Shown piece after piece: positions 50,941 to 63,650 of a stretch of DNA of 64,000 nt. A program made the position numbers and the translations under genes. The stretch spans positions 36,775,538 to 36,839,537 of the forward strand of contig NC_068996.1 in assembly GCF_001194135.2 (NCBI RefSeq). The letters are read 5' to 3'. The notes under the pieces are model-generated. The model made no database searches. It was not told where the DNA came from and saw nothing but the letters and a program-made list of their open reading frames with translations. The stretch's first letter is position 1, and the number at the start of each line of letters is the position of its first letter. This DNA comes from Octopus bimaculoides (lineage: Eukaryota).

Positions 50941-52825
50941 ACTGGAAATACTTGGTTCAAGAAGACCTGTCCACCTCAGCGAAACCAATTTTTAGAAGCA
51001 ATGTCTATATATATATATATATACATAGACATAAGGGCACCTTGTAGAATCTTCTTGTCATATCACGCCACTTCCACCCATTATCTCTCTCACTGTAGCT
51101 CTCCCTTGATACCACTGTTTTCCTTGCAAATGTTGTCTCCACTCACATGTTACATTGATCATCCTCTGCCCTCTCCACTGAACCATCAAGTTATCTCCTC
51201 ATGCACTACGCCTGTTTCTTTCTTCAACTGTATCACCTTTACTTACTGCTCTTCCCCACCCCAACTCTCCAACTTTTGGATTATTGGTTATCCCCTGCTC
51301 CCCACATCCACCTTTCAACCTTTCCCAATCTTTACAGTTGTTGCCTATCTCTCCTCCCCAATCTCTTGCTTCTGCACATCCCAACCTATCTACACTCCTA
51401 GTTCCTGTATCCCCACCCATTTTTACTTACCACATACCTAGAGAGACCATCTACACACCTCATCACCACTATTTATATTTATCTCTCTGCAGCCCCTACT
51501 GATCATTCTCATCCCCTTTTCTACATGGAGTAGCTATGTAAATCTTCTAGAGAACCCCTGCTCTTCCTCTTCACCCTGCCTCATATTTTGACCTCTTGCC
51601 CCTAGCATAAAGCAGAACTCTACCTATTCTTGTGCACCAAATACACTCTGTAAAGTGGTTGGTGTTAGGACAAGCATTCAGCTGTGGAAACTATGGTAAA
51701 ACAACACCGGATGCAATGCAGTTTTAGGACCTGTCAGATCCTTTCAAACTATCTATCCAAGTTCACAATGAACAAGGATGTTCATTGTGAACTTGGATGG
51801 ATGTTGATGACAATACATACACATACATGCATGTGTATTTTTGTATATACATACACAGTCATCATCATCATCATAATTTTTTTAATGTCCTTTTTTTTCC
51901 ATGCCTGCATGAATTAGATGAATCTTCTGCAAGTAGTATCACACCACTGGCTGTAACCTCTTGTCAGCCATTTTGTCAAGCTCAGTTTCAAGTAGTCAGC
52001 TTTCATTTCTTTCCATATCTGCCTCTTACAAGAGTTTCTTCCACTTAGCTCACTTGACAATTCTTTATCCGACTGTTATCCCCCATGTACATCATAGCTC
52101 TCAACCAACACAGTCTCTTACACACTAATCTCAGTTTTTCTCTCAACTCAAGTGGTATTTTAGTTGTTCATTCACACTCACTAGAGAATATGCATCTCTT
52201 TTTTTTTTTTTTTTTTTCTGGCCTTCACACATTCTCCTCCACATTAAATGCTTAGGTTTCACTACCATGCAAAAAGGAAGTATTCACTACCCCTCACTCA
52301 AACAGAGAACCCCTTTGCTGCTAATAAAAGTAACAATTCTCAAAACTTTAATCCAGTTGTAACTGACTGTCCTATATTCAGAATAACCACCTCCTTTATT
52401 AATTAACCTTTTAAACCAGTCATATCCATCCTAAATGTTGTACCTGTTTCATGTTCAAACTGACCAAATTTGGTATCTCACACTTATCCTACAATGTCAT
52501 TCTAAAAAATTCTTTTTTTTGCTGTATTGTGTATTTGTTTCTTTTTTGCATGTTATTTTTTATTATTGATCTTCTATATAAATGAAGCTATATCTCTTAA
52601 TTTGCTGCTTTCCTTTACATGAACAGAGAAGACACCTTGTGTAACAGTCATTATTTTAACGAGTTATAACCAATTATCACCCGAAGAGATACAGCTGCAC
52701 CAATGGATGCTCCTGAACCATGAGTTAAGTATCCCACCTGTAAGGGATCAATGCTAGATGGTTGAAACAATTGTAGTGATTAATAAATATTCTTGTATCT
52801 TCCATCTCTCTCATTAACCAACCAA

Positions 52826-52859
<34 letters not shown>

Positions 52860-53065
52860 GTACATATATATATATACACACACACATATATATAATGACT
52901 CCTTTACCTATGAGTCAAATACAACAATCTCTAATTCATTCTTCGAACCAGTCTTCATTATATGATTAATCAACAATGGCATTTGAAATTTGCCAGTGAT
53001 TTATAGATTTTGTATTATTGATATAATATTCAATGCATTGACTGCATAACCATTATCTAACTCAC

Positions 53066-53079
53066 TGTTATCTGATCTG
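53066..53079 (-). other. Candidate 14-nt microexon (CAGATCAGATAACA; 11 nt with the tandem acceptor)
   Basis: About 40-nt pyrimidine tract ending ggttgttgcag|CAG and consensus donor |GTGAGT 14 nt downstream. Confidence 0.3.
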
Positions 53080-54583
53080 CTGCAACAACCAAAAAAAAAA
53101 AGAAAAGATAAAAAATATATTACAAGTAAGTTTCATATGAAAGTACTGCATTCCTTTAGCAAGGGACATTCCCTACCTAGCTCTTCAATAGTGCTTGTAC
53201 AAGTGTTACAGTAATCTCAATGTCACTTGGACACCCCCCCCCACCACCACCACAGTTGCTCAAAGTCTAAAACAATCATTATAGGAAGAGAACATAGAGA
53301 CTCTATGGTCTTTTGAAACCAGATACAACATTCTAATAAGTTAAATGGTTTATTTTCTGCAGAAAGCATTGGTGCTGGTGCCACATGAAGAGCAATGGTG
53401 ATAGTGCCACGTAAAATGCACCCAGTACTCTGTGTAAAATGGTGTTAAGAAGGGCATCCAGCTGTAGAAACCAAGCTAAAACAGACAATTGGACTTGGTG
53501 CAGCACCTGGCCATGCCAGCTTCTGTCAAACTGTTCATCATAGAAAATGGACATTAAATGATGATGAAGAATGGACATATCTCACTGTCTTCAGCAGTGG
53601 TTCTCAACCTATGCCAACTCAGGGCCTCACCTAGTGCACTAAATAATATTTCACGACTATCTCTCCACCAAACCCTCCTTTTTTTGTTCTTTTTGTCTTT
53701 GTAGAAGAGAAAAAAGAAAAGATTATTTATACTACTCTAACTATCATGTGATTCCTTTTAGATGCTTGTGTGAAAATAACTAGAGAAAGCAGTGACTTAT
53801 ATAATGAAATTATAATGGTCAGTCAGGTTTCCTGCTCAATGCTATAACTATGTCCTATTTATACTTTTCAATCTTGACAAAGATCTCTGAAAATTCATTA
53901 AAATTTAAATATTTCTTGTGGTTTAGGTATTATATTTGTAAGAAAAATCCTAACCCCATTCTGAACACCTAGTGCCCTATATATTAGTTTCTTGACATTT
54001 GCAGCCCTAATGCAATGAGCTCACAAAATACTTGCATCCAAAAGAGAACTTTACCAATTACATAACATAGTGTCATCAACATCTATCATTCATTCAGCTT
54101 TTGGGTTTCTTGCATGGCTTAATTCTAATGCCAAATCATTCACACGAAGAAAATTATATGTAGTTCAGCTAATGAGAGAACCACTAAGTGGTCACCCAAC
54201 ATGCTAGTAATTGCAGCCCAATCACAACTAGTATCTTAAAAAAAAAACAAAAACAAAAACAGTAATACACATTTAACAATTAATTCAATCCAGGATACCA
54301 ATGTTACAGGCAATATGATTAGTGAAGTTCAACTAAACTACAGTCTTTAGCAAAGAAATATACTTTTCTATTTATGAAAGAAATATACTTTTCTATGTAT
54401 GAGCTCTCCACATGACTTATGTCTAATTTGAACTTTTGAGAACTAATGTTTGTAAGAAAGACATGTAGGCAGGGAGTAAGTTTTAGAAAGTTGTAGTTCT
54501 GCAGAGAACACAATTAGAGGAAGTGCTTCAAGCAAGAAGAGGTTGAAAAAAGACAGGTGTAATGGAGTGTTGTGAATAAGCTT

Positions 54584-54823
54584 GTTTGTTTGAAAAGCTG
54601 GAACCTCTTTGAGTAAGTATCAGTTTGTTTACTTGCACAAATCCTTGTACAGACCACTTTGCATCTCTGTTTTATTTGTCTGTGGAGAAATCTATAGAAG
54701 ACGGATTTCAATAGATTTCTCCTCCACAGATAAATAAAACAGAAATGCAAAGTTGTCTGTACAAGGATTTGTGCAAGTAAACAAACTAATACTTACTCAA
54801 AAAGTCCAGCTTTTCAAACAAAC
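54584..54823. repeat. Near-perfect inverted repeat (about 110-bp arms, short loop)
   Basis: gtttgtttgaaaagctgg...gtctgtggag pairs with ctccacagat...ccagcttttcaaacaaac, with few mismatches. Confidence 0.9.
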
Positions 54824-55920
54824 ATCCACAGATGATACTATTAAACGTTGCTCTCAGTCATACACACACACATACATTCACTGATACACATGCATGTGTA
54901 CACAGAAACACACATACTGAAATACAGGTGGGCTGTGTTGTGCAGTTCAGTGGTCTACTTCCTAACCATGTGGGTTTGGGTTCAGTCCCACTGCACAGCA
55001 CATTGAGTAAGTGTCAACCACTGGAGGACCATGCTGACCAAAGCCTTACGAATAGATTTGATGGGTGGAATCTGAAAGAATCCCATCATCATCATTATCA
55101 TTGTCGTTATTTCATGTCAGTTTTCCATGTCAAGCATGGATTGAATGATTGGACAAGATCTGTTAAGCTGTAGGGTTGCACTGAGCTCCAGTGTCTGTTT
55201 CGGCATGTTGGATACCCGTCCTATCAAAGTGAGTGTGTGTGTGTATGTGCGCACGCGCGCATATGCATGTGTGTGCGTTGATATTAAATTTGTAACCAAA
55301 GATATAATGACATGTTTAATAAACATACAGGTTAGCAATTAATGTTGCAGGATTTTAGGCCCAACAAAGCACATGCAATATCAGTTTTATCCACCTTATT
55401 GGCATGACCCGGAGACAAGCCTCAATGAGATATCTTGTGTCAATAAAGACTTCAGGCTCTGAAGTGTGAGAGCATTATGATTTACTGCTAGTACATGAAG
55501 AACTCATAAATGACTAAGACCACTCTCTCCCCAGTAGGTTTTATATTCATAATATAAACCTACACTAAAGCTACAAGAAAGCTTAGGAAGGCACCAACAA
55601 GAGACCTAATAGTTGGATACTTATTGAATGTAGAGAGTTTCTTTAAGAATAACCAAAAGGCACCACACTCCAAATGCTTTTTATGACATATTCAACACTA
55701 ATCTGAAGTTTCTAAGTTTCTATATTATATATATATAGGCACAGAGAGAGAGAGAGAGAGAGACACACTCACATGTACATAGACAGACAAACATACATAC
55801 ATACACACAGGCATATACATACGCACATACATATATACAATCAAATATGCTAAGTCCAACCCATGCTAGCATGGAAAGCAGACGTTAAACGATGATGATG
55901 ATATATATATATATATATAA

Positions 55921-56381
55921 AGTTCATGTTCTCTTAAATGAAGGGAAGAAAATGAAGAGTTAAATGTTAATAATTATTTATTATTAAAAAATTGGTAATC
56001 TTTACTTCTTAAAGCTGTTTCCATTAGTGCCCAATGGGTAAATTGAAAATAATTGTGCTCTAAATTTGCATTTATATGTTATGAGCATAACTTCATCAGA
56101 GCATAACTTCAACATTACAATATTACATTTCAGCCTATCTGTTCAGTCTGCTTGCATGAACGGATAGGTCAGAATGTGATATTGTAATGTATATCTTTTT
56201 CTCTGATGAAGTTATGCTCATAACATATAAATGTAAATTTAGAGCACAATTATTTTTAATTTACCTATTAGGCATTAATGGAAATGGCTGTAAGAAGTAA
56301 AGATTACCAATTTTTTAATAATAAGTAATTATTAACTTTTAACTCTCCATTTTCTTTCCTTCAATTAAATGAACATGAATT
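55921..56381. mobile_element. Fold-back element (about 220-bp arms) with long-stem-II hammerhead-like motifs
   Basis: Whole segment is an imperfect palindrome centred near 56150. Plus arm: ttct CTGATGA (56203) ... GAAAT GGCT GTA agaa (56281-56296). Minus arm: CTGATGA ... GAAAC AGCT TTA agaag. Confidence 0.75.
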
Positions 56382-56502
56382 ATATGCTTAATATATACCT
56401 ATAAATTTAAGGAAATTTCATTTCCCAAAAATACTAGGTATAGATCCAGTGTTTCATTGGATGTCACCATCCTTTTATGAGGCTAACATATCATCTAAGC
56501 AA

Positions 56503-56536
<34 letters not shown>

Positions 56537-56540
<4 letters not shown>

Positions 56541-56716
56541 CAAGAAGATCTTAAATCATTTTGGTTTAAGATCTGGAATGAAAGGGATTTCAGTCAGGAT
56601 GTACCATGGCTAGATATAATCAAGAAGGAATACTAGATTAAAATCACCAGTAAAATTTACAAGATCAACTTTGAAAACTTTCACTAAAGCTATGAGAAAG
56701 CTTGAGAAGGCACTAA
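56537..56716 (+). mobile_element. 5' part of a decayed R4/Dong-type non-LTR retrotransposon
   Basis: LKSFWFKIWNERDFSQDVPWLDIIKKEY and TLKTFTKAMRKL match the FW..IW...WL..I..EY region that precedes R4/Dong RT. Confidence 0.55.
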
Positions 56717-57573
56717 NNNNNNNNNNNNNNNNNNNNNNNNNNNNNNNNNNNNNNNNNNNNNNNNNNNNNNNNNNNNNNNNNNNNNNNNNNNNNNNNNNNN
56801 NNNNNNNNNNNNNNNNNNNNNNNNNNNNNNNNNNNNNNNNNNNNNNNNNNNNNNNNNNNNNNNNNNNNNNNNNNNNNNNNNNNNNNNNNNNNNNNNNNNN
56901 NNNNNNNNNNNNNNNNNNNNNNNNNNNNNNNNNNNNNNNNNNNNNNNNNNNNNNNNNNNNNNNNNNNNNNNNNNNNNNNNNNNNNNNNNNNNNNNNNNNN
57001 NNNNNNNNNNNNNNNNNNNNNNNNNNNNNNNNNNNNNNNNNNNNNNNNNNNNNNNNNNNNNNNNNNNNNNNNNNNNNNNNNNNNNNNNNNNNNNNNNNNN
57101 NNNNNNNNNNNNNNNNNNNNNNNNNNNNNNNNNNNNNNNNNNNNNNNNNNNNNNNNNNNNNNNNNNNNNNNNNNNNNNNNNNNNNNNNNNNNNNNNNNNN
57201 NNNNNNNNNNNNNNNNNNNNNNNNNNNNNNNNNNNNNNNNNNNNNNNNNNNNNNNNNNNNNNNNNNNNNNNNNNNNNNNNNNNNNNNNNNNNNNNNNNNN
57301 NNNNNNNNNNNNNNNNNNNNNNNNNNNNNNNNNNNNNNNNNNNNNNNNNNNNNNNNNNNNNNNNNNNNNNNNNNNNNNNNNNNNNNNNNNNNNNNNNNNN
57401 NNNNNNNNNNNNNNNNNNNNNNNNNNNNNNNNNNNNNNNNNNNNNNNNNNNNNNNNNNNNNNNNNNNNNNNNNNNNNNNNNNNNNNNNNNNNNNNNNNNN
57501 NNNNNNNNNNNNNNNNNNNNNNNNNNNNNNNNNNNNNNNNNNNNNNNNNNNNNNNNNNNNNNNNNNNNNNNNN

Positions 57574-58015
57574 CCTGTTCTCTGCACTCTTCGATTAATT
57601 TTTCATATCTCTTCTCCTTTCGTTTCTCTGCATTGTCGATGTTTTCTTCCCATGGTACTGTCAGTTCTAGCAAGATTCCTATTCTCTGTTCTGTGTCCCA
57701 TATGACTAAGTCTGGTCTTTTTGTTGTTTTTATAAGTGGAAAAATTGCTAGACTTCCCAAATCCGTGGCCAGCTCCCAGTATCCCTTCCATCTTTCGTCT
57801 ATCTCATATATTTTATTTGGAGGCCTGATCTTATGTCCTTTTCCCTCCTTCTGGAAGTATATTTTCCTGCGCTTTTCCACTTTGGGGTACTCTCCTCTGT
57901 TGTATTGATGTTCTACAAAAAGTGACTTGATATATATTAAAAGAACTATGGAAGGCCAGATCAGCATAACATACTGACTTGCCATAGCACAGAGAAATCT
58001 TGCAACCAGGATTGA
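57574..58015 (-). mobile_element. 5'-truncated HERO-like (REL endonuclease) non-LTR retrotransposon running into the gap
   Basis: Open frame RPDLVIWDTEQRIGILLELTVPWEENIDNAEKRKEKRYEKLIEEC is a PD..D..E REL motif, preceded by a degenerate GCKISL..G motif. Confidence 0.8.
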
Positions 58016-58019
58016 AAGC

Positions 58020-59890
58020 ACTAGCTTGGCAGAAAACTAGAAGTCAATTACTTGTCTAAACATTTATGCATAAACCTTACACAAGCTGTCACAACCAATG
58101 CCTGCAAGACATTGTGTGTCCAACAAGATAGTAATGAATAGCTGACAGGTGGAAAGAAAGTAGTGTGGGGGAATGTACCAAACAGATTTCTTGTGATAGT
58201 AAGGATTTATTACAGAAAGGCATTGCTTCTTTCTCCCTTTCATGGATGTTGAAATCCTTGGAGTCAGTAAAAACACCCACTGCTTCAGATGTTGCCTCTG
58301 AAAGGCTCATGAAAAACTGGCCAACAATTTTCACACATGAAAGTGAGATGATTGTTTCCAAAGATTATAAATTTTTCAAAGAGAATAATTCAAGAAGATG
58401 GTATGTCTGCGTTACTGTATATTTTGGCACTAAATCCACTGTCTTTTCTTTTACAAAGATCCTCTGGTTATGTGTTAGGGTTTACAACAGTAAAGGATAA
58501 TAATGTAAGCCTTAATTTCGTTGTAGATGATCTAAAGATCTATACTAGATATTTATAATGCTGAAAAACAGCTGAATCTGGTAACATTTTCAAGTGATAG
58601 CAGAAGAGGATTTGATAAAAAAAAACCCAAAAAACCCAGTTTATATCTGATACTTGAAAGCAGAAAATTTGCTTTCCAAACTCAAGACCTTTACATCATT
58701 GGTCTCCCTATATTCCCCTATTTCACTAATACTTGTACATGCTACAAAAACCTAGGTATTGATGAAAATATATCATAGAAAGGTACTGTGAACAAAGAAT
58801 ATTTATATCAGACTTCAAAAAAATAAAACAGTCAGGAGTCTTATAAGAAGGAAATGTCTCACAATACATTAACAATACCAGTAATGACACCAACATTTCA
58901 GATACTTGGTTTTCTATGGAGGAAATCCATTCCACAGATACTGAAGTCTGCAAGATCCTGACTTGAAGCTTTCAAGAAACAACGATACAGTTAGATTCTA
59001 TCTCAAAAGAAAAGAGGCTTAAGTTAAGTCACTTTCACTCAGACAGCATCATCTAAACAAGGCAACAAAAATTCATCAATCAAGCATTCAAAAAAATGAA
59101 GAGAATAACATCCTGCAGGTCAATAAGACTGCAGTACTCACTTTGTGATGACCTATGAGAACTCAAATATGCAAGACCAACATGTCTCAGCAAAGATCTG
59201 GAAGAAAAACATTCTACATAACACAAAAAGGTTATGCATGGGTGCGTTTCTTACAAACTTGAAGAGAATGATAATGTTAATATTTCAGGTGACTCATAAC
59301 TTACATTACATCATACCTTGAAGATTATGCTTTTGCAATCCAACAGAAGAAAAATATCTACAGAACATCTAAAATGAACAAAGGACATAAAGAAGCCATT
59401 AAAACACCAAGATCTGACCAAAAATGTTGATAATGTCACATTTCTGTGGAGGTAATATGCGATTAGCAGTCACCCATAATGTCTTTTAAGTACTACTTTC
59501 CAATGTGGCATCATGATATTAGCTAAATCAATATAAAATGTCGTCTGTAGGGAAAGATTGTCCTGGGAGAAATACAGATAATGCCTCTGCTACTGAATAT
59601 ATATCAATACAAAAAATATCAGAACATTCCTATCAAGCACAAATATAACCAACCTGACAAAGTTGTTTGGGACAGAAAGGAAACAACCATGCAGGGCCAC
59701 AGAGATTATCTGCCCAGTAGAGATGAATCTCTCTCTTTCAGGATCGGTGAGGAAGAAAAATAATTACAAACATTTACCTTGCAAAAATACATCTTAGATT
59801 TGTTAGTAATGCACTTGGATTTGTTGGTAAACATCTGAGGGGAATTATCAAAAAGCTAAGGTTTTCAAATGTTAGAATCTACAGTAGCAA
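58020..59890 (+). mobile_element. Decayed R4/Dong-type RT plus REL endonuclease
   Basis: SITCLN, QEDGMSALLYILALNPLSFLL, FVVDDLKIY, then KYNQPDKVVWDRK..EIICP and NALG. Many stops. Confidence 0.75.
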
Positions 59891-59894
59891 GAGA

Positions 59895-60030
59895 CATCAA
59901 AGTAACCCATAATCTTTGTTGATGATTTAAAAATCTACAGTGGAAATATTTACTATGCTGAGAATAGCTGGATTTAATAACATTTTAAGCTGATATTGTG
60001 ATAGATTGGCTGAAAGGTTTTATTCATACT
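59895..60030 (+). mobile_element. Second R4/Dong RT fragment
   Basis: IFVDDLKIY repeated, with downstream nucleotide similarity to 58520-58620. Confidence 0.55.
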
Positions 60031-63000
60031 TGATAGATGGATACAGAAAAACTATTTCCTAACACCTTTACATCAATATGCTCAACCCCGTCCCCACTGC
60101 TCTCTGATTTATTTAGGTCCTGATCAGAATGTATAATATAATGTATAATTTTGTAGTAACTGCTGTGAAAACAGATGTAAGTTAGGACCAGTTTAGAAAT
60201 GTAGCTTGAATAAGAATTAAATTGATTAAAGCAAATAAGAACAAAAGGTGTTACAATGAGAAGAAAATTAAGATTAATGATTTTAATAGGGTTCTTTGTT
60301 GGAGAAGAATTGGGAGGGAATGCTCAGTATTTCTTCTTGTGATACATCAAAAAAGCATTTTCTTTCACTGACTATTACCAGTCTACCAATTCTGGTGACC
60401 ATCTCAAGACAAAGGTAGGGAAGAGAACCTAGAAAATTTTAGAAACTAAAGGGAAAAATATATTAATTGGTGGGAAATTTTTTTATTGAATTTTTTTTTA
60501 AAAGGATTTCGTTTTTAATGATTCAAATTAAAATATAATTCGGTGCTATATTTGAGTAAGCTCACTATAAAAATCTTGAAACATTGATATATATATACAA
60601 AGGCTGGCAGAACAGTAGCCTCATGTTTGATTACCAATGTAATACTAATGAATAACAAAGACAACCAAGAAACTATTAACAAAATAAGAATTACATTATA
60701 GACAATTGTATAGAATCAAATAAATTTTGGCATCGGTACAGCAGAGCAATTTATAATGGCCATAACTTATTAATTTAGAGTAGTTTAATTGTTACAAAAC
60801 ACTAAACTTAACCATTTTTCTTTTTTCTTTATTTTTAAGTATATTTCTCTTGAAACACATTGCCTTTGTTATTTGTTTACTTTACTCATTTAATGTCCAT
60901 TGGTCATCATGGTTCAGATGAGATCTCCTTTGAGGTAGTATTTCCAGGTTGGATGTCCTTGCTATTGCCAACCTTTGTCCATTTTTCAAGTAAAGGATTT
61001 TTTAAATTTTACTGGTTTTCAAACAGCAATACAAAGAATGTAAACATTATATCACTGTTTCCTGCAAGCAGTGACAAGCAAAGCTGTGGAATGCCAACAC
61101 ATGCACGCACATGACAGGCCTCCACACAGTTTCCATCTACCAAATTTCACAATCTATCAGTCAACCTCCATAAAGTGCTACTCTTAGGAACTGAACACAG
61201 AACCACAGAGTCACAAAGCATTCTTCTTAACCAGACAGCCATGATGGTCTGTGCCAACATTTATTGCAGTTTGTATATTCATGAAACCCAGCAATATTTA
61301 GCCAGGTGTGTCACCTTCCCTAACAAAACAACAATAATGCAGGCTTCAATGTTAGTCACAAGGAACAAGGTTGTTTTCAGAAGAGAAACAAACTGAATCA
61401 ATAACAATTTCTCACAGGTACTTATTTTATCATCTGCTCCATGAGGTATGAAATGTAAAATCTATCTGGGTGGGATCTAAAATCTGAATGCTGATAGAAT
61501 AATAATATATATTTAAATAACATTAAATGCAACAGAGCTGGGTGGGGTTTTCTTTGATCCTTTTTTTACCAATCTCACCATTTTTTTTTCAATTACTTTT
61601 GAAAATAATGAAGAATTTAGTAAAATAACTTGTCATCATTAAGGTAGATTTGAAATATAAATTAACATGTAATCTTTTCAAAAGGTCTTAATTTAACAGG
61701 AAATTTGTCTCTTAGAACAGGAGTGGTTTCAAGTGGTTTGAAATCAAACGAGTTAAAAGATATATGTAACTATTAGAAAATGTATAAGTGCCACTAAATA
61801 CTTATACTAATTCACATGGCTCCAGATGTGTGAATGACTAGAGATATGGTTAGAGTTACACACGGCAGAACTGAGGCCTATAATTTAGAAAAAAAAATAA
61901 TAAAGTCTTTTTTTTATCAAAGATTAGCTGGATTAAGCCTGGGTTGGATCTGAAACAATAAAATCAATTTAGTGTGAGCAGTCTCATTTTGATTTTAAAT
62001 GTTCCTTCTCTGATTGTTAACAACATCAGTTACAGCTCATCATAATCATTGTTTAATGTCCGCTTTCCATGCTGGCATAGGTTGGACGGGTTTGACTGAG
62101 GACAGGCTCCAATCTGATCTGGCAAGGTTTCTACAGCTCGATGTCCTTCCTAACGCCAACCACTCCAAACATAGTGGATGCTTTTTACATGCCACCAGCA
62201 TGTGGGCCAGTCAGGTGGTACTGGCATCAACCACGCATGAATGGTGCTTTTTGCGTGCCACCAGCACAGGAGCCAGTCAGACAGCACTGGTATTGACCAC
62301 ACTGAAATGGTGCATTCTGCATGCCACTGGCATAGGAGCAAGTCAGGCAGCACTGGCAATGACAATGTGAGAAAATGTCTCTTCTTCTTCTAAAGTTTGC
62401 TCACTTTTGCTCATTTTTAGAAGAAAGTTAGTTTAAGTCTTGATCATGTCAATGATATGTAACTCACCGACCAACAGGCCTTTTGTTTTTGTCAACATAC
62501 ACTACAACATTTGCATCTCAAAACTCAAATTGCTATAATTTAAAATCAAGAAAATATCCTGAAATTCTTTAATGGTTATTAAATACTAAAAGACAAGAAT
62601 AAAGAGTGAAAAATAGTGCAAAACTGTTTAACTTTTTTGATGCTAGCCCACCTGAAACTGCCCATGGTCCTTTGATACAAACTTCCTGGTTTGTATAAAA
62701 ACATTCCATAAAAATTTCATGTGAATTTATGTTCTGGATAGTAGCATAATACTGACAATGTTATTTTGATAAATTCTTGGTTATTTTCAAAATTAATTGT
62801 AATATAGTCAGTGTATTTCACTACAAATATGGTAACAAAAAGATAAAAATAGTGTTTAGGGAGGAAGACAAAAAAAGACATAGAATATATATAACAACTA
62901 AGTAGCTAGTTAGAAAATCTCTATAAGAGATGATGGTAGTAACTATACTGAGAAGTAATGTTTTTTATTACCATTTCAATATGGCTGTTCTATAGGAATC

Positions 63001-63600
63001 AATGTTACTACTGCTTTTAACCCCAGGAAGAACCTCCTCCAGCTGGTTATTGGTGCAATCTGCACCTGATTTATATATTGCAAGCAGGGGAGTGAATCCC
63101 TACCATCTTCTAGGAGATAATGGGATCACCATACATACATATATATATATATGTGTGTGTAAATATGCAGTAACAAGACTCTTTGGTAAGTAATCAATTT
63201 GTAAGGAAATAGGCAGAAACTAAAGACATGTGCTGTTGGAAACAAGGGTTACCAAGAAAAACTAAAGGAAGAGAAAAAATAAGCAAAAGTTTGCTTCGCA
63301 ACCATATTCTGCATTTGATTAGTGTTGCATCTTGGAGCTCTGAGTGGAATTTTGCAAACAGAAACCATGTGGAATGCAGTTGTGTGTATGAACATAAGTG
63401 TAAAGATATTCACTTGCTTCAGTCTTTGAACTGCAGTCATGCTTAGACAGTGCTTGAAAGGTTTTAGTCAAACAAATTACCCCAGTATTTATTCTATTGG
63501 TCTCTTATGCCAAACCTCTAAGTTATGGGGACATAAACAAATCAGAATTGGTTGTCAACATTGATGAGGGACAAAATAAAGTCACACACATACATATGGT

Positions 63601-63650
<50 letters not shown>

